From positions 24,304,001-24,368,000 of the forward strand of contig CATNEN010000001.1 in NCBI GenBank assembly GCA_950097015.1: a DNA stretch of 64,000 nucleotides, given 5' to 3'. Source of the stretch: Macrostomum hystrix (lineage: Eukaryota > Animalia > Platyhelminthes). A model generated the notes under the pieces. It saw nothing but the letters and a program-made list of their open reading frames with translations, was not told where the DNA came from and did no database searches. Shown here in pieces: positions 1-11,136 of the stretch (position 1 is its first letter; each line of letters opens with the position of its first letter). The position numbers and the translations under genes were made by a program.

Positions 1-993
1 ATGCATCCATGCAATGTCCTGCGGCAGTTAAATGAACAGCGCAAATCCTGGAATGCAGCTGCCTCAAACAATGGTCTCACTCAACTATCCAAGGATAGCT
101 GCTGGCTTAGCAGGCAAATATTTCTAAATTTGGCTTTCTTTAGGCAAACGGTTCTAGTCATGCCTCAACTATCTACTTCAGATATAGTTTGATTCATTAT
201 TAGCATTCGTGTCCAGCTGTCATATCTCTACTATATTTGCATTTCGATGTTCGATCTGCGCAGTGGAGCAAGCTAGGTCAATATGAGCACAGCAAAATAA
301 CTCAGAATTAGTATCTATAATATATTTGGGTGAATATTTTGTTGTTTTTTCGTTGCAAAAAGTCAACTAACGAAGAAGTTATAATAAATTTTCATGGCCA
401 AAAACCGGCCGTGAAAATGTGACTCGGAAACCTCGTTTTCAGTCTCGCTTCAACTGCTCATTGTGCCATCTTTCATTTTCTGTCTCTCTCTATTGCTAAG
501 TGTCTATGCTTCGGAGTGAACTTGACATTCCTATATGGGTGTTGGTACTGCAGCCCTATCAGTCTCCATACCTGTCTCTCTGCTTGGTTTACCCAGGGCC
601 ATTGTCAGGAAAACGCAGTTGTAAAAAAACTCGACAGAGGGAGAGAGAGCTCGGCCGAGAGGCCGCCTGAATTCATTTTGTCAGACAGCGAGAAAACTGA
701 GCTGGTATTGACCCCTACTCATCTCAGTCCTTTCTTTGCCAAAGCCACGCTTAAACCAAGCACACAGCCAGCGGGAGTCTCTCACCAAGCAGAAAGAGAT
801 GGAACTGACACAGTAGTCTCACATTGTACTCGTATATTTACAATCAGCGGAGTGTGTGGCATTTCCGCAGTAGGTAGCTAGTATCTAACTAGTCTGGCAA
901 AAGCTAACAAACAAAATTCTGCTCAACAAAAACATCGCGCAAATTAAAAGTGATTGCGGTGCAGCTCAGCTGTGCCACAAATCGGCGGGAACG

Positions 994-2658
994 ATGTCGA
1001 GATCATCGTTTCGTCTGACTGTGGCCCAGTCTCTGCTGCTCCTGATCCTGCTGCTGATGTCAACCTTGCCGACTCCGTCCGCTGCCACGTCGCCGGACAA
1101 GCTGGAGGCTTTGCGTCAACTGCGCGAGTTGATCGAATCCGAGTTGGAGCGACGCGATATGAGGCGCAGCGGAGCACCGACAGGAGGCGATGGCAGCGCT
1201 GAGGCACCAGCCAAGCGAGCCGGCGGTGAGGCAGCCACTCTTGACGATGTGTTGGCTGGTGCGAAAGCGTTCGGCTCCAGCGTGGCCGTCGGCGCGCCAC
1301 TGCCACCGCCACCATCGCCACATCTGAAGGAAACGACAACGGCGATACCCGAAGAAGCCGTGACAACGTCTTGGACCAATGGGACGCTCCCTTATGCCTT
1401 GTTCAGTCCGCTGTGGTTTTCGCACCTTCTGGCCAGCATGCTGACGATCATGCCTCTGGCGGCCTGGATCGCGGTGCTCTGCGCAGTTGTGGTGCTTCTG
1501 TGCCTGCTACTGCTGCTGCTGATTTACTGCTGCTGCTGCCGCAGAGGCTTCAGGGAGCGTCAGGGCCGAAAAAGAGGAGGTGAATTTGGCAAGGAAATGC
1601 TGTTTAGTGACATAGACATTGTGGGCAAGAAGGCCCCACCGTACGGTGAGATCAACTTTTCTCTAGAGTATGACGTGTCCACAAGCCAGATCATCATCAC
1701 TGCATCGAGTTGCATCGGCCTTCCAAAGGACCCTCTAAAAGAGCTCGATCCGTACGTGGTGGTACACGTCGGAACGGCGCAGCAGAAGTTGCACACCGAT
1801 GGTCGCTCACAACAGAACGCAGGCAATGGCGAACGCTCAAAAGTGGTGAAAAACAATGTGAACCCGGCGTTCAACTTCACTCGGGTGGAGAAGATCAAGA
1901 ATAAGCGCGACCTCAAGCGCATGGTGATCACATTCGAGGTTTACGACTGGGACATTGGCACTCGGCACCGGATGATCGCGCGCCGGGTTCTGAAGCTGGC
2001 CAAGCTTGGAGAGAAGCTGGACAAAATTCTTGGCAGGAAGAGGGAGTACACGAGAGAACTGTACGCAGGTGTGAATCAAGAAGCCACTGGGCCTGGCGAC
2101 ATCTGCGTCGCTCTGTGCTACAGCACGCAAGAAAAGCACCTGTGGGTGCACGTCATCGAGTGCAAAGGCGTCTTCCTTCAGCAAAGCGGCGAGCCGGATG
2201 AAGAGACACTGCCCAATACCTACGTGAAGCTGGCATTATCCATGGCCGGTAGCAGCAAGAAAACGACTCGCTCGACCAAGCTCATAAAGTCGTCGCGAAA
2301 TCCCTACTTCAACGAGCAGTTCGTGTTTAAGATGGAGTCGATGCAGATGATGCGGTTCGCCAGTCTCCGACTGTCGCTGCTGCATCGCACTGAGACGCTG
2401 CGCATCAAGCGGGTCATCGGATCGCAGACTCTGTCCATCAGTGCCGACAAGGGCAGCCTGGAGTTTCTGCACTGGGACGAAGCCATGTCGGAAGCCAATC
2501 AGGGCCGGCCCTTAGCCCGCTGGCACAGCCTTATATCGCCGGAGCAGGAACGACTCAACGCAGAACGGAAGGCGGCGGCCGAAAGGAAGAAGGAGCTGGA
2601 GCGGGCGGAGGAGGAGAGCGCGGCTGCTCAGCTGGCCGCAGCTTTAGTTGAGCAGTGA
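994..2658 (+). CDS. Synaptotagmin-like protein (signal peptide, TM, Cys cluster, tandem C2 domains), intronless
   Basis: 554-aa ORF. Hydrophobic N-terminus, TM ending in YCCCCRR, C2A (GEINFSLEYD, DPYVVV, NPAFN, FEVYDWD) and C2B (GDICVALCY, TYVKL, NPYFNEQFVF, HWDE, RWHSL). Confidence 0.85.
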   Translation: MSRSSFRLTVAQSLLLLILLLMSTLPTPSAATSPDKLEALRQLRELIESELERRDMRRSGAPTGGDGSAEAPAKRAGGEAATLDDVLAGAKAFGSSVAVGAPLPPPPSPHLKETTTAIPEEAVTTSWTNGTLPYALFSPLWFSHLLASMLTIMPLAAWIAVLCAVVVLLCLLLLLLIYCCCCRRGFRERQGRKRGGEFGKEMLFSDIDIVGKKAPPYGEINFSLEYDVSTSQIIITASSCIGLPKDPLKELDPYVVVHVGTAQQKLHTDGRSQQNAGNGERSKVVKNNVNPAFNFTRVEKIKNKRDLKRMVITFEVYDWDIGTRHRMIARRVLKLAKLGEKLDKILGRKREYTRELYAGVNQEATGPGDICVALCYSTQEKHLWVHVIECKGVFLQQSGEPDEETLPNTYVKLALSMAGSSKKTTRSTKLIKSSRNPYFNEQFVFKMESMQMMRFASLRLSLLHRTETLRIKRVIGSQTLSISADKGSLEFLHWDEAMSEANQGRPLARWHSLISPEQERLNAERKAAAERKKELERAEEESAAAQLAAALVEQ

Positions 2659-3303
2659 GCTGGTCTCAGCACGTACTCAGCAGCAAACTTATAACCTACT
2701 TTTGACTGATTATTGTTAAATTTTGTTGAAGTTTCGCCTGGATTACTAACTCACTAACTAAATAATGATATATTTTGGGAAGTCGGTTTATTTATTTTTG
2801 CTAAGCGCACCCCATGCTCTTTTCCCATAACCCGTCAGTTCACAATCTGACGAAGTTCCAATCTGAGAAAACTGACTGAGCACTCTCAAAACAGGTACGG
2901 ATCGTTTTGAAGAATTTGTTAGAACGAATAAATATCTTCAAAATATTCGAAATCTCGAAAGGTTTTAAATTATTGTGCACTTTAAACATATATATTCCAT
3001 TGTATTAAAAGACAATGCCTCTCATTGTAAACAAGGCCGTCAGTTATACTCGTAACATGTGTGAAATGATACTTTAAGTTAATCTTTAAATAACGACACT
3101 AATATAATCACTGTCACGGCTTTCCAGCAAATACAATTGTATTTTGAGTATTTTTGTTACTTACACGACGTAGACTATTCAGATGATCTCTAACCGATTC
3201 TTACTTTTCTAGTAGCATGTACGTACTCGACCTTTTGAGTAGCTTCTGCTGCTGATTGAGGAGCACCCTAATTATACTCCGTACGACCGTACCCCAATTG
3301 TAC

Positions 3304-3610
3304 GGAGTGACTGAATCAGGACTGAGGGAGTGACTGAATCAGGACTGAGGGAGTGACTGAATCAGGACTGAGGGAGTGACTGAATCAGGACTGAGGGAGT
3401 GACTGAATCAGGAATGAGGGAGTGACTGAATCAGGACTGAGGGAGTGACTGAATCAGGACTGAGGGAGTGACTGAATCAGGACTGAGGGAGTGACTGAAT
3501 CAGGAATGAGGGAGTGACTGAATCGGGACTGAGGGAGTGACTGAATCGGGACTGAGGGAGTGACTGAATCGGGACTGAGGGAGTGACTGAATCAGGAATG
3601 AGGGAGTGAC
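3304..3610. repeat. 23-bp minisatellite (GAGTGACTGAATCAGGACTGAGG)n
   Basis: About 13 tandem copies; same family at 5033-5970 and 20222-20565. Confidence 0.95.
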
Positions 3611-4184
3611 CGCTTTTCACTAATAGAGGGTCAGCAATGTCAGTAGTGTGACAAATGACATCCACAAGCAAAATCTTTACAAAAATGTTGAGAACTTCTC
3701 TCTCTAGTGGCAGAAGATGCTGCAATTGTACATCCTAAGGTACTCTTTAGCCTCCATTGTCCCGTAGAAGCTGATAATCAGGTATTTCTTCTTACCAATG
3801 GGAATCTTTGCAATAATTTGGGGACCATGTCAAGTCAGTGAAAACAGGCAAGTGGTTTAGAATCGCCCCATTTTGACTGCTGCTGGCATTCAACTGTCAA
3901 GAAACGCTATCACACTGCCACTTAATGATATCAAGATACTACTGAAGCACGCGTTTCAACTGAAGTGGATTTTTGCCATTATTAGAAGTACAATAAAACA
4001 AAGAAGTGGACACTTTAGCCTAGTCAAACAACTCTGCTGAATGCGCGAGTATTGTGAGCAGGCTGCTCAGTATCCCCGCGCATTATAAATTTTAATTCCA
4101 TCTCCCATAGAAAAGGGGATGTGAAGCTGCGCCACATGTACACGTCACAGTTTTTCAACCAGTCAAGCAAGCAAGGGCTGGAGG

Positions 4185-4191
4185 TATAAAA
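4185..4191 (+). promoter_or_regulatory. Candidate TATA box of the lectin gene
   Basis: TATAAAA about 80 bp upstream of ATG 4268. Confidence 0.45.
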
Positions 4192-4267
4192 CTGCCTTTT
4201 GCAGCAGTGGCATCTACATCTCTCCTGAGCAGTTTAAACTTGTTTTAATTTCTCCAAAGCTACTCAC

Positions 4268-5032
4268 ATGGCGGCTACATTGTGGCTAGGTCATCTTTTG
4301 CTGCTGTCAATGCTTTGGAATTCAGATCGAGTGGACGCAGCTGAATGTCTTAACAGGTTCAGCTATTCCGCAGTCCATGGTTCGCTGTGCATTCGAGACA
4401 GTTTTCGACGTGACTTCGTCAACATTTCAACGGCTGAGGCCTGCGCGCTGATGTGCAGCCAGGCGCTCCGCTGTGCGGCATTCACCACTGTGGACGGCTT
4501 CTGCCAGCTGTTCATATTCGACCGGTGCAGCAAGGCCGTTAGGGACTGCGGGTGCAACAGGCGAGGTCGCGTGTTCGTGAGACAGCAGGCCGGTCTGGCG
4601 CCAGGCGCTCTCTGTCCCGGAGATTACGGTGACGATCACTGCGGAGTGAAGTACCGAGTCATCACTGAGGATGGATTCTGGAGTGTGCAGAAGCAACGTT
4701 GTGAGTCCGGCGGCGGACTAGCAATGTTTGCGGACGTCATCGACCTTGCCGAGATGCAGCAAGTGAATTCTCTCTACGCAAAGTACAACCTCACGCTCGG
4801 ACTCTTTCTCGACGGCCTTCAGACGCCCGGCAGCCCGGAGCCCCGTGGCGGCTGGATGTGGAGGACCTGCGGCATCCCCGTGAATGACAGCCTTTGGGAC
4901 AGCACCGAGCCTAACAATAACAATGGAAACGGGGAGGATGCAATCATGAAAGGAAAAAACAAGGACTTGTGTGACGTGATTCAGAATTCGATTAGGGTCG
5001 CTCTGTGCGAGTGCCTGTCGCCATTTGACTAG
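4268..5032 (+). CDS. Secreted PAN/apple domain + C-type lectin domain protein, intronless
   Basis: Signal peptide; CALMCSQALRCAAFT..CQLF (PAN pattern); C-terminal CTLD (RCESGGG, LDG, WMW, WDSTEPNN = EPN motif, LCDV, ALCEC). Confidence 0.8.
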   Translation: MAATLWLGHLLLLSMLWNSDRVDAAECLNRFSYSAVHGSLCIRDSFRRDFVNISTAEACALMCSQALRCAAFTTVDGFCQLFIFDRCSKAVRDCGCNRRGRVFVRQQAGLAPGALCPGDYGDDHCGVKYRVITEDGFWSVQKQRCESGGGLAMFADVIDLAEMQQVNSLYAKYNLTLGLFLDGLQTPGSPEPRGGWMWRTCGIPVNDSLWDSTEPNNNNGNGEDAIMKGKNKDLCDVIQNSIRVALCECLSPFD

Positions 5033-5970
5033 AGGGAGTGACTAAATCAGGACTTAGGGAGTGACTGAATCAGGACTGAGGAAGTGACTAAATCAGGACT
5101 GAGGGAGTGACTGAATCAGGACTGAGGAAGTGACTAACTCAGGACTGAGGGAGTGACTGAATCAGGAATGAGGGAGTGACTAAATCAGGACTGAGGGAGT
5201 GACTGAATCAGGACTGAGGAAGTGACTAAATCAGGAATGAGGGAGTGACTAAATCAGGACTGAGGGAGTGACTAATCAGGACTGAGGGAGTGATTAAATC
5301 AGGACTGAGGGAGTGATTAAATCAGGAATGAGGGAGTGACTAAATTAGGACTGAGGGAGTGACTAAATCAGGAATGAGGGAGTGACTAAATCAGGAATGG
5401 GGGAGTGACTGAATCAGGACTGAGGAAGTGACTAAATCAGGAATGAGGGAGTGACTAAATCAGGACTGAGGGAGTGACTAATCAGGACTGAGGGAGTGAC
5501 TGAATCAGGCTAAGGGATTGACTGAATCAGGACTGAGGGAGTGACTGAATCAGGACTGAGGGAGTGACTGAATCAGGACTGAGGGAGTGACTGAATCAGG
5601 ACTGAGGGAGTGACTGAATCAGGACTGAGGGAGTGACTGAATCAGGACTGAGGGAGTGACTGAATCAGGACTGAGGGAGTGACTGAATCAGGACTGAGGG
5701 AGTGACTGAATCAGGACTGAGGGAGTGACTGAATCAGGACTGAGGAAGTGACTGAATCAGGACTGAGGGAGTGACTGAATCAGGACTGAGGGAGTGACTG
5801 AATCAGGACTGAGGGAGTGACTGAATCAGGACTGAGGGAGTGACTGAATCAGGACTGAGGGAGCGACTGAATCAGGACTGAGGGAGTGACTGAATCAGGA
5901 CTGATGGAGTGACTAAATCAGGACTGAGGGATTGACTGAATCAGGACTGAGGGAGTGACTGAATCAGGGC
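5033..5970. repeat. 23-bp minisatellite starting at the lectin stop codon
   Basis: About 40 tandem copies of GAGTGACTGAATCAGGACTGAGG and variants. Confidence 0.95.
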
Positions 5971-7206
5971 TACTGGGGTGACTGGTAGAAGAAGGAAGTG
6001 AAGAGAAGAATCTATCTTTTTATTGTCATTTTGCTAAGTGATACATTCAAATGTTATTATTAATACTGCTTTCTTATAATCCAGTTTCCTAAATAAAGAT
6101 AACAACATTTTTTTCCCAAAAAGTAAGGTTTATAGGCCATGTCTGATCGATAAATAATTTCGAGCGTAGCGAAGCGGAGCGAGTTTTTAGGTTTATGATG
6201 GCCCCGGTAGGTCTGATGTGCCAAACCCTCCCCCTTTTTCTCAGCTCGTACCCTACTGATTTTCTTGGGACTTGCGCCATTCGATTCGTCGTCGAAAATT
6301 AGTTTGGGATCACCAAAACGGACTTGCAACATATCCATTGCTTCCTGCTGAAAATTGAGTATTTCCCTTTCTGAGCTATTTTTAGCATCAAGGTCAGAAG
6401 TCAGCCCTTTTTAACTTTCCTTTCCTTTCCTTCCTTCCTTAAGGAAGGCAGGCTCCACGCAGCAGGGGGGCAGTTAATGTACATTGAATTTACTAGCACA
6501 GCAGCGGGCATCAGCCAGCCACACTAGGCTCCCGACCTCCCCTTCACCCCTTAACCGATTGGCCTGCACTTGCCAAAGGCCTAACTCGCGGCTGAAATCG
6601 GGGGTGTGGGGTGGTGCCCTTGGGTGAGCGCCCATTGGTTGATAGTATAGAATCGGCCTAGTCATTATTTTGACTGCACAGTCCCGGTATAAGTTATCTA
6701 GTTGTCCCTGCACACACCAACCGTGATTGACTGACTATTACTATTACTAAATTATAACTACTATGATACTATGATAATGACTTTGACTTTGAATATTAAC
6801 GCTGACTATGACTATGGTCTATGGCCATGTATACACAACTCTAAACCTATTTGCACTATTTGTAATCTATATGATAGGTGGCTAATGAGATTGAGTCCAT
6901 CCCATTCCCAAATGGGGACAGATCTGTCACTTCTGTCATAGCTGTCGGGGGAACTATCGTAATGCACTTCCTCACGCTCCGCTCGTTCTTTTATTTCAAT
7001 TGGTGAAACAATTTAAATAGCTTCAGTTTATGCTATTGCCACCCAAATCATATTTAATAAACCATACGAGTATGACTAATAGCCTAGGGGAGTAAACTGC
7101 ATTGCATGCTAATAGGGGGTGGAAATACCAACAAAAGTACAAGACAGTTTTTCTGCTGCACCTTGCGGCCTGTGACAGCAGGAAAGCACGTTTTAGCTGG
7201 AAAACT

Positions 7207-7670
7207 GATGTCAGGCTGTGTTTGATAATGTCAGGCTGTGTTTGATAATGTCAGGCTGTGTTTGATAATGTCAGACTGTGTTTGATAATGTCAGGCTGTG
7301 TTTGATAATGTCAGACTGTGTTAGATAATGTCAGACTGTGTTTGATAATGTCAGGCTGTGTTTGATAATGTCAGACTGTGTTTGATAATGTCAGACTGTG
7401 TTTGATAATGTCAGACTGTGTTTGATAATGTCAGGCTGTGTTGGATAATGTCAGGCTGTGTTTTATAATGTCAGACTGTGTTGGATAATGTCAGGCTGTG
7501 TGTTGATAATGTCAGGCTGTGTTTGATAATGTCAGACTTTGTTGGATTATGTCAGACTGTGTTTGATAATATCAGACTGTGTTTGATAATGTCAGGCTGT
7601 GTTGGATAAAGTCAGGCTGTGTTTGATAATGTCAGACTTTGTTGGATTATGTCAGACTGTGTTTGATAAT
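7207..7670. repeat. 20-bp minisatellite (TGTCAGACTGTGTTTGATAA)n
   Basis: About 23 copies; related array at 20908-21385. Confidence 0.95.
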
Positions 7671-10065
7671 GGCTGCTCAGGACCACCGCGGACATGGTCA
7701 ACGTGCCGCCGCACCACTCGGTCGTCGCCATCGAAGCCGCGCAGGTAGGAGGCCGGACCAGCGGCACCGACAACTCGCGCCGGCTTCCACCGACCTCCGT
7801 TGGCTCCAAAGTCTCTGGCCAGTACAGCGTCTCCAGTCTCGAAGGTCCGGAACCGAGCTTTGCAGTCGTGGTGCTCTTTTTGCTGACTTTGCTTACGCTG
7901 TTCTCTTGCTCCCAGGTCTGGCCGAGCTCGATCTAGCAACGTGCACAGTCGCCGTCCCATCAGGAGTTCGCAGGGAGCCACACCGGTCGTCGCATGCGGA
8001 GTGACCCGATAGGTCAGCAGGAACCGGGCGACCTTATCCTCCAAGGAGCCTTCGCGCTGCTTCTCCAGGGACCGCTTCAGCGTCTGGACAGCTCGTTCCG
8101 CCAGGCCGTTGGATGCCAGATGGTAGGGAGCAACGCGCACGTGCTGAATGCCGTTCTTCCGCAGAAAGTCGGACATCTACTCGCTTATCAAGTTGGGCCC
8201 ATTGTCCGACACCAGCACATCTGGCAACCCGTGCGTCGCGAAGCTGGAGCGGAGTTTCTGGATGGTGACAGCTGAGGTCGCTGACGACATCACATGCATA
8301 TCCAGCCACTTTGAATGGGCATCGACGACAACCAGCAGCATCTTGCCAGACACCGGACCCGCAAAGTCGATATGCACTCGAGACTACGGTCGGTTAGGCC
8401 ACGGCCACGACAACATTGGCGAAGGCGCCGGGGCGTTCTGCAACTCCTGACTGTCAGAGCAGGCCTTGGCCAGGTTTTCAATCTCCGAGTCTAATCCTGG
8501 CCACCAGAAATAACCTCGGGCTAACGTCTTCATGCGAGACGCCCCCGCATGACCTTGATGCAGCACCTGGAGCAGTGCAGCTCGCGCTCCGACCGGGACC
8601 ACCACTCGAGCGCCCCACAGAAGACAGCCTTCTTGCGCACTGAGCTCAGCCGCTCTCTTGGAGTATGGCAGCAGATCGTCATTGACCTGCTCTGGCCAGC
8701 CGATTTGCGTGAAGTGCAGAGCTCGGGCAAGTGTAGGGTCCTTTCGAGTCAGGCCGCGTATCTGAGCTGCCGTGACAGGTCCATCGTCCAGGTGGTCCAT
8801 CAGCATGACCAGCTCTGCCAGCTTCGGGACCGTCGCCGGCTTGTCGGGCAGCGGCAGGCGACTCAGGGCATCGGTGCACAACAGTGAGGCTCCGGCTCGG
8901 TGAACCATGCGGTAGTTATAGCCAGACAGCAGCAGAGCCCACCTCTGAATTCTTCCAGATGCCAGCGCCGGCACGGCCTTGTTCTCAGCCAGCAATCCAA
9001 GCAGAGGTTTGTGGTCACTCACCAGCAGAAATGGGCGGCCAAACAGGTACGCGTTGAACTTCTTGACCGCAAACACTACCGCGAGGGCTTCCTTCTCGAG
9101 TTGCGAGTAGTTTTTCTCAGCGTCGTGCAACATACGCGAGGCAAAGGCCACAGGCCGGACAGCTCGATCGATCCTGTGGCTGATGACCGCGCCCAGACCG
9201 TAGTGGGACGCGTCGCACTCGAGCAGCAGGTCTTTGCTCGGGTCAAAGTGCGCCAATACCGGAGCCGAGGACAGCAGTGTCTTGTACTTCTCGAAAGCGG
9301 CGTTCTGAGCAGCGCCCCAGTTCCAGCGGTGTTGCTCGCGCAGCAGCAGGTGCAGCGCAGCCAGGACTTGAGACAATTTAGGCAGGAACTTGCCATAGTA
9401 GTTCACCATGCCTAGGAAACTGCCCAGCTGAGTTGCGTCCTTGGGAGCTGGAGCGCTGACAATTGCCTCGACCTTGTCTTTGATCGGGTGCAGGCCGTCG
9501 GCATCGATGCGGTGACCGAGATAACTGATGCTCGACGCCCTCACCTTCCCTGCGATTTCTGGTGTAGAACCGGTAACGATGGAAGATCTCGGACTCCTCA
9601 GGCTCGAAATGGCTCTTCAGTGCTTCGCAAATTTCGGTGTAGCTCTTGGCTGATGGCTGTGCAGGAGACAGAAGACTGAAGGCCAGATGGAAAACTTTCT
9701 TGCCGCTTGAACTCAGCAGAATCGCTCGCTTTTTCGCTTCCTCAGTGACGTCATTGGCAACAAAATATTGTTCTAACCTTGCTTGGTACATATGCCACGG
9801 CTCAGAGCCTTCTTCGTATGGGCCGACAAGTCCTAGTGCACTTGCACTACTCATTCGCGCAGGATTGTTTCAGTCTCGTCGCCACTGTGAAAACTCCACT
9901 TCGGGGGTAAGACCCCCCAAAGGCAGAGAGCTTGTATTTATCATAGCTGGCCAACAATAAAGGTTGTCTGACAAAGCGTCAGCCAATCACACGCACGCGT
10001 GCAGGTGTACACCTGCACTGTACATTACACTGAGCGGAGCAACTGAGCAGACCCACGCTACCACA
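7671..10065 (-). mobile_element. Defective Gypsy (Mag-like) LTR retrotransposon: 5' LTR, PBS, gag N-terminus, RT end, RNase H, integrase; 3' LTR lost
   Basis: LTR TGTGG..TCACA at about 10065-9886, then PBS TGGCGACGAG (9884-9875). gag (RLEQYFVAND, RYRFYTRNR) is fused at about 9537 to SYLGH; RNase H (CDASHYG, SQLEKEALA, SDHKPL); integrase (LHQGH, HIDFAGP, SDNGP, SNGLAERAV) with a stop and a frameshift. Confidence 0.9.
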
Positions 10066-10139
10066 CGAACGTAGTTTGTCTTTTCGATCGATAAATCAAA
10101 TATAGAAATTTGCAGAAACTTATTCCAACGAGCTATTTG

Positions 10140-10340
10140 AGAAGCCGTTATTTTACAGCCGCGTACAGCTGTTTAAAGGCAGCGTACAGCCTTCATGGGC
10201 TGTTCAGTCCATGGACTGGGGGGAAGCCACACCCATCTTCAATAACTCAAGTTGCACAAATTTACTCCAGTGGAGTCGAGAACCGAACGCCCGACCTTAA
10301 AAGTCGTGAGCCCGACGCTCAAACACCTTGGATGCACCCC
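10140..10340 (-). mobile_element. Probable tRNA-derived SINE
   Basis: Minus-strand head GGGGTGCATCCAAGGTG...GGCGTTCGGTTCTCG resembles degenerate A/B boxes, followed by a non-tRNA body; single copy in window. Confidence 0.35.
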
Positions 10341-11136
10341 CTAGTGTCCTATTTTTAGGTGAATCCATATTTCTTAAATGATAGCTTGGCTGGTGCATAT
10401 GATGGATGCATATAGCTAAGGCGTCTATGCAAGCCATAAATATTATATATGATAGATATATGATGCCAACACCAGCGTGTGTCTGACTACTGCAACAGGT
10501 AAAATTAACTGTCATCAAAACTCGATATCACGGTTTTATCCGCTGTCCGCTTTTGAACGCTCAGTCCTACATGGGCATTTTTCCAATGACTCGAGGGTCA
10601 CGGTCAATTCAGTATCCCGACTGGTTTTCCACATTCTCCTTCCCGTATTTCTTTTTTTGGATAAAGGACGAACTTTTAGCGAGCTATGCTTGTAGTATTA
10701 TCACTAATTGTGACAATGGAGGATTGCGCTTTCTCGGCAAAACGGAGCTGTGGCCTAGTGACTAGAACGTAGGAATTCAGCAACGAAGTTTTGTTATCGT
10801 TAAACTGTTTCCAGATCATTTTAATTAAGCACAGTTAATCCTTTATGATGCTTGCTTCAAGAAGCTCGTTACTGCGAAAATGGACTTCAGTTTTTTTATT
10901 TTCTTGGACGCCTTTAGATTTAGATTAGTGGCCGATCAATTAATGCATACACATGGGGATGCACTTAAGGCGGTTGTCACCTAAAAGTTCGGGCCCATTC
11001 CTACGAGTACACATAAGATTCTTCAAAGTTCGAAAAATTGAATCTACAATTAAGCCTCGTTTTTATGTTAGCTATCTGAAGGTTGCGAATCGCCATCCGG
11101 GGACCAGAAGCACATCGGTGGTGCAACAGAGAGCAG

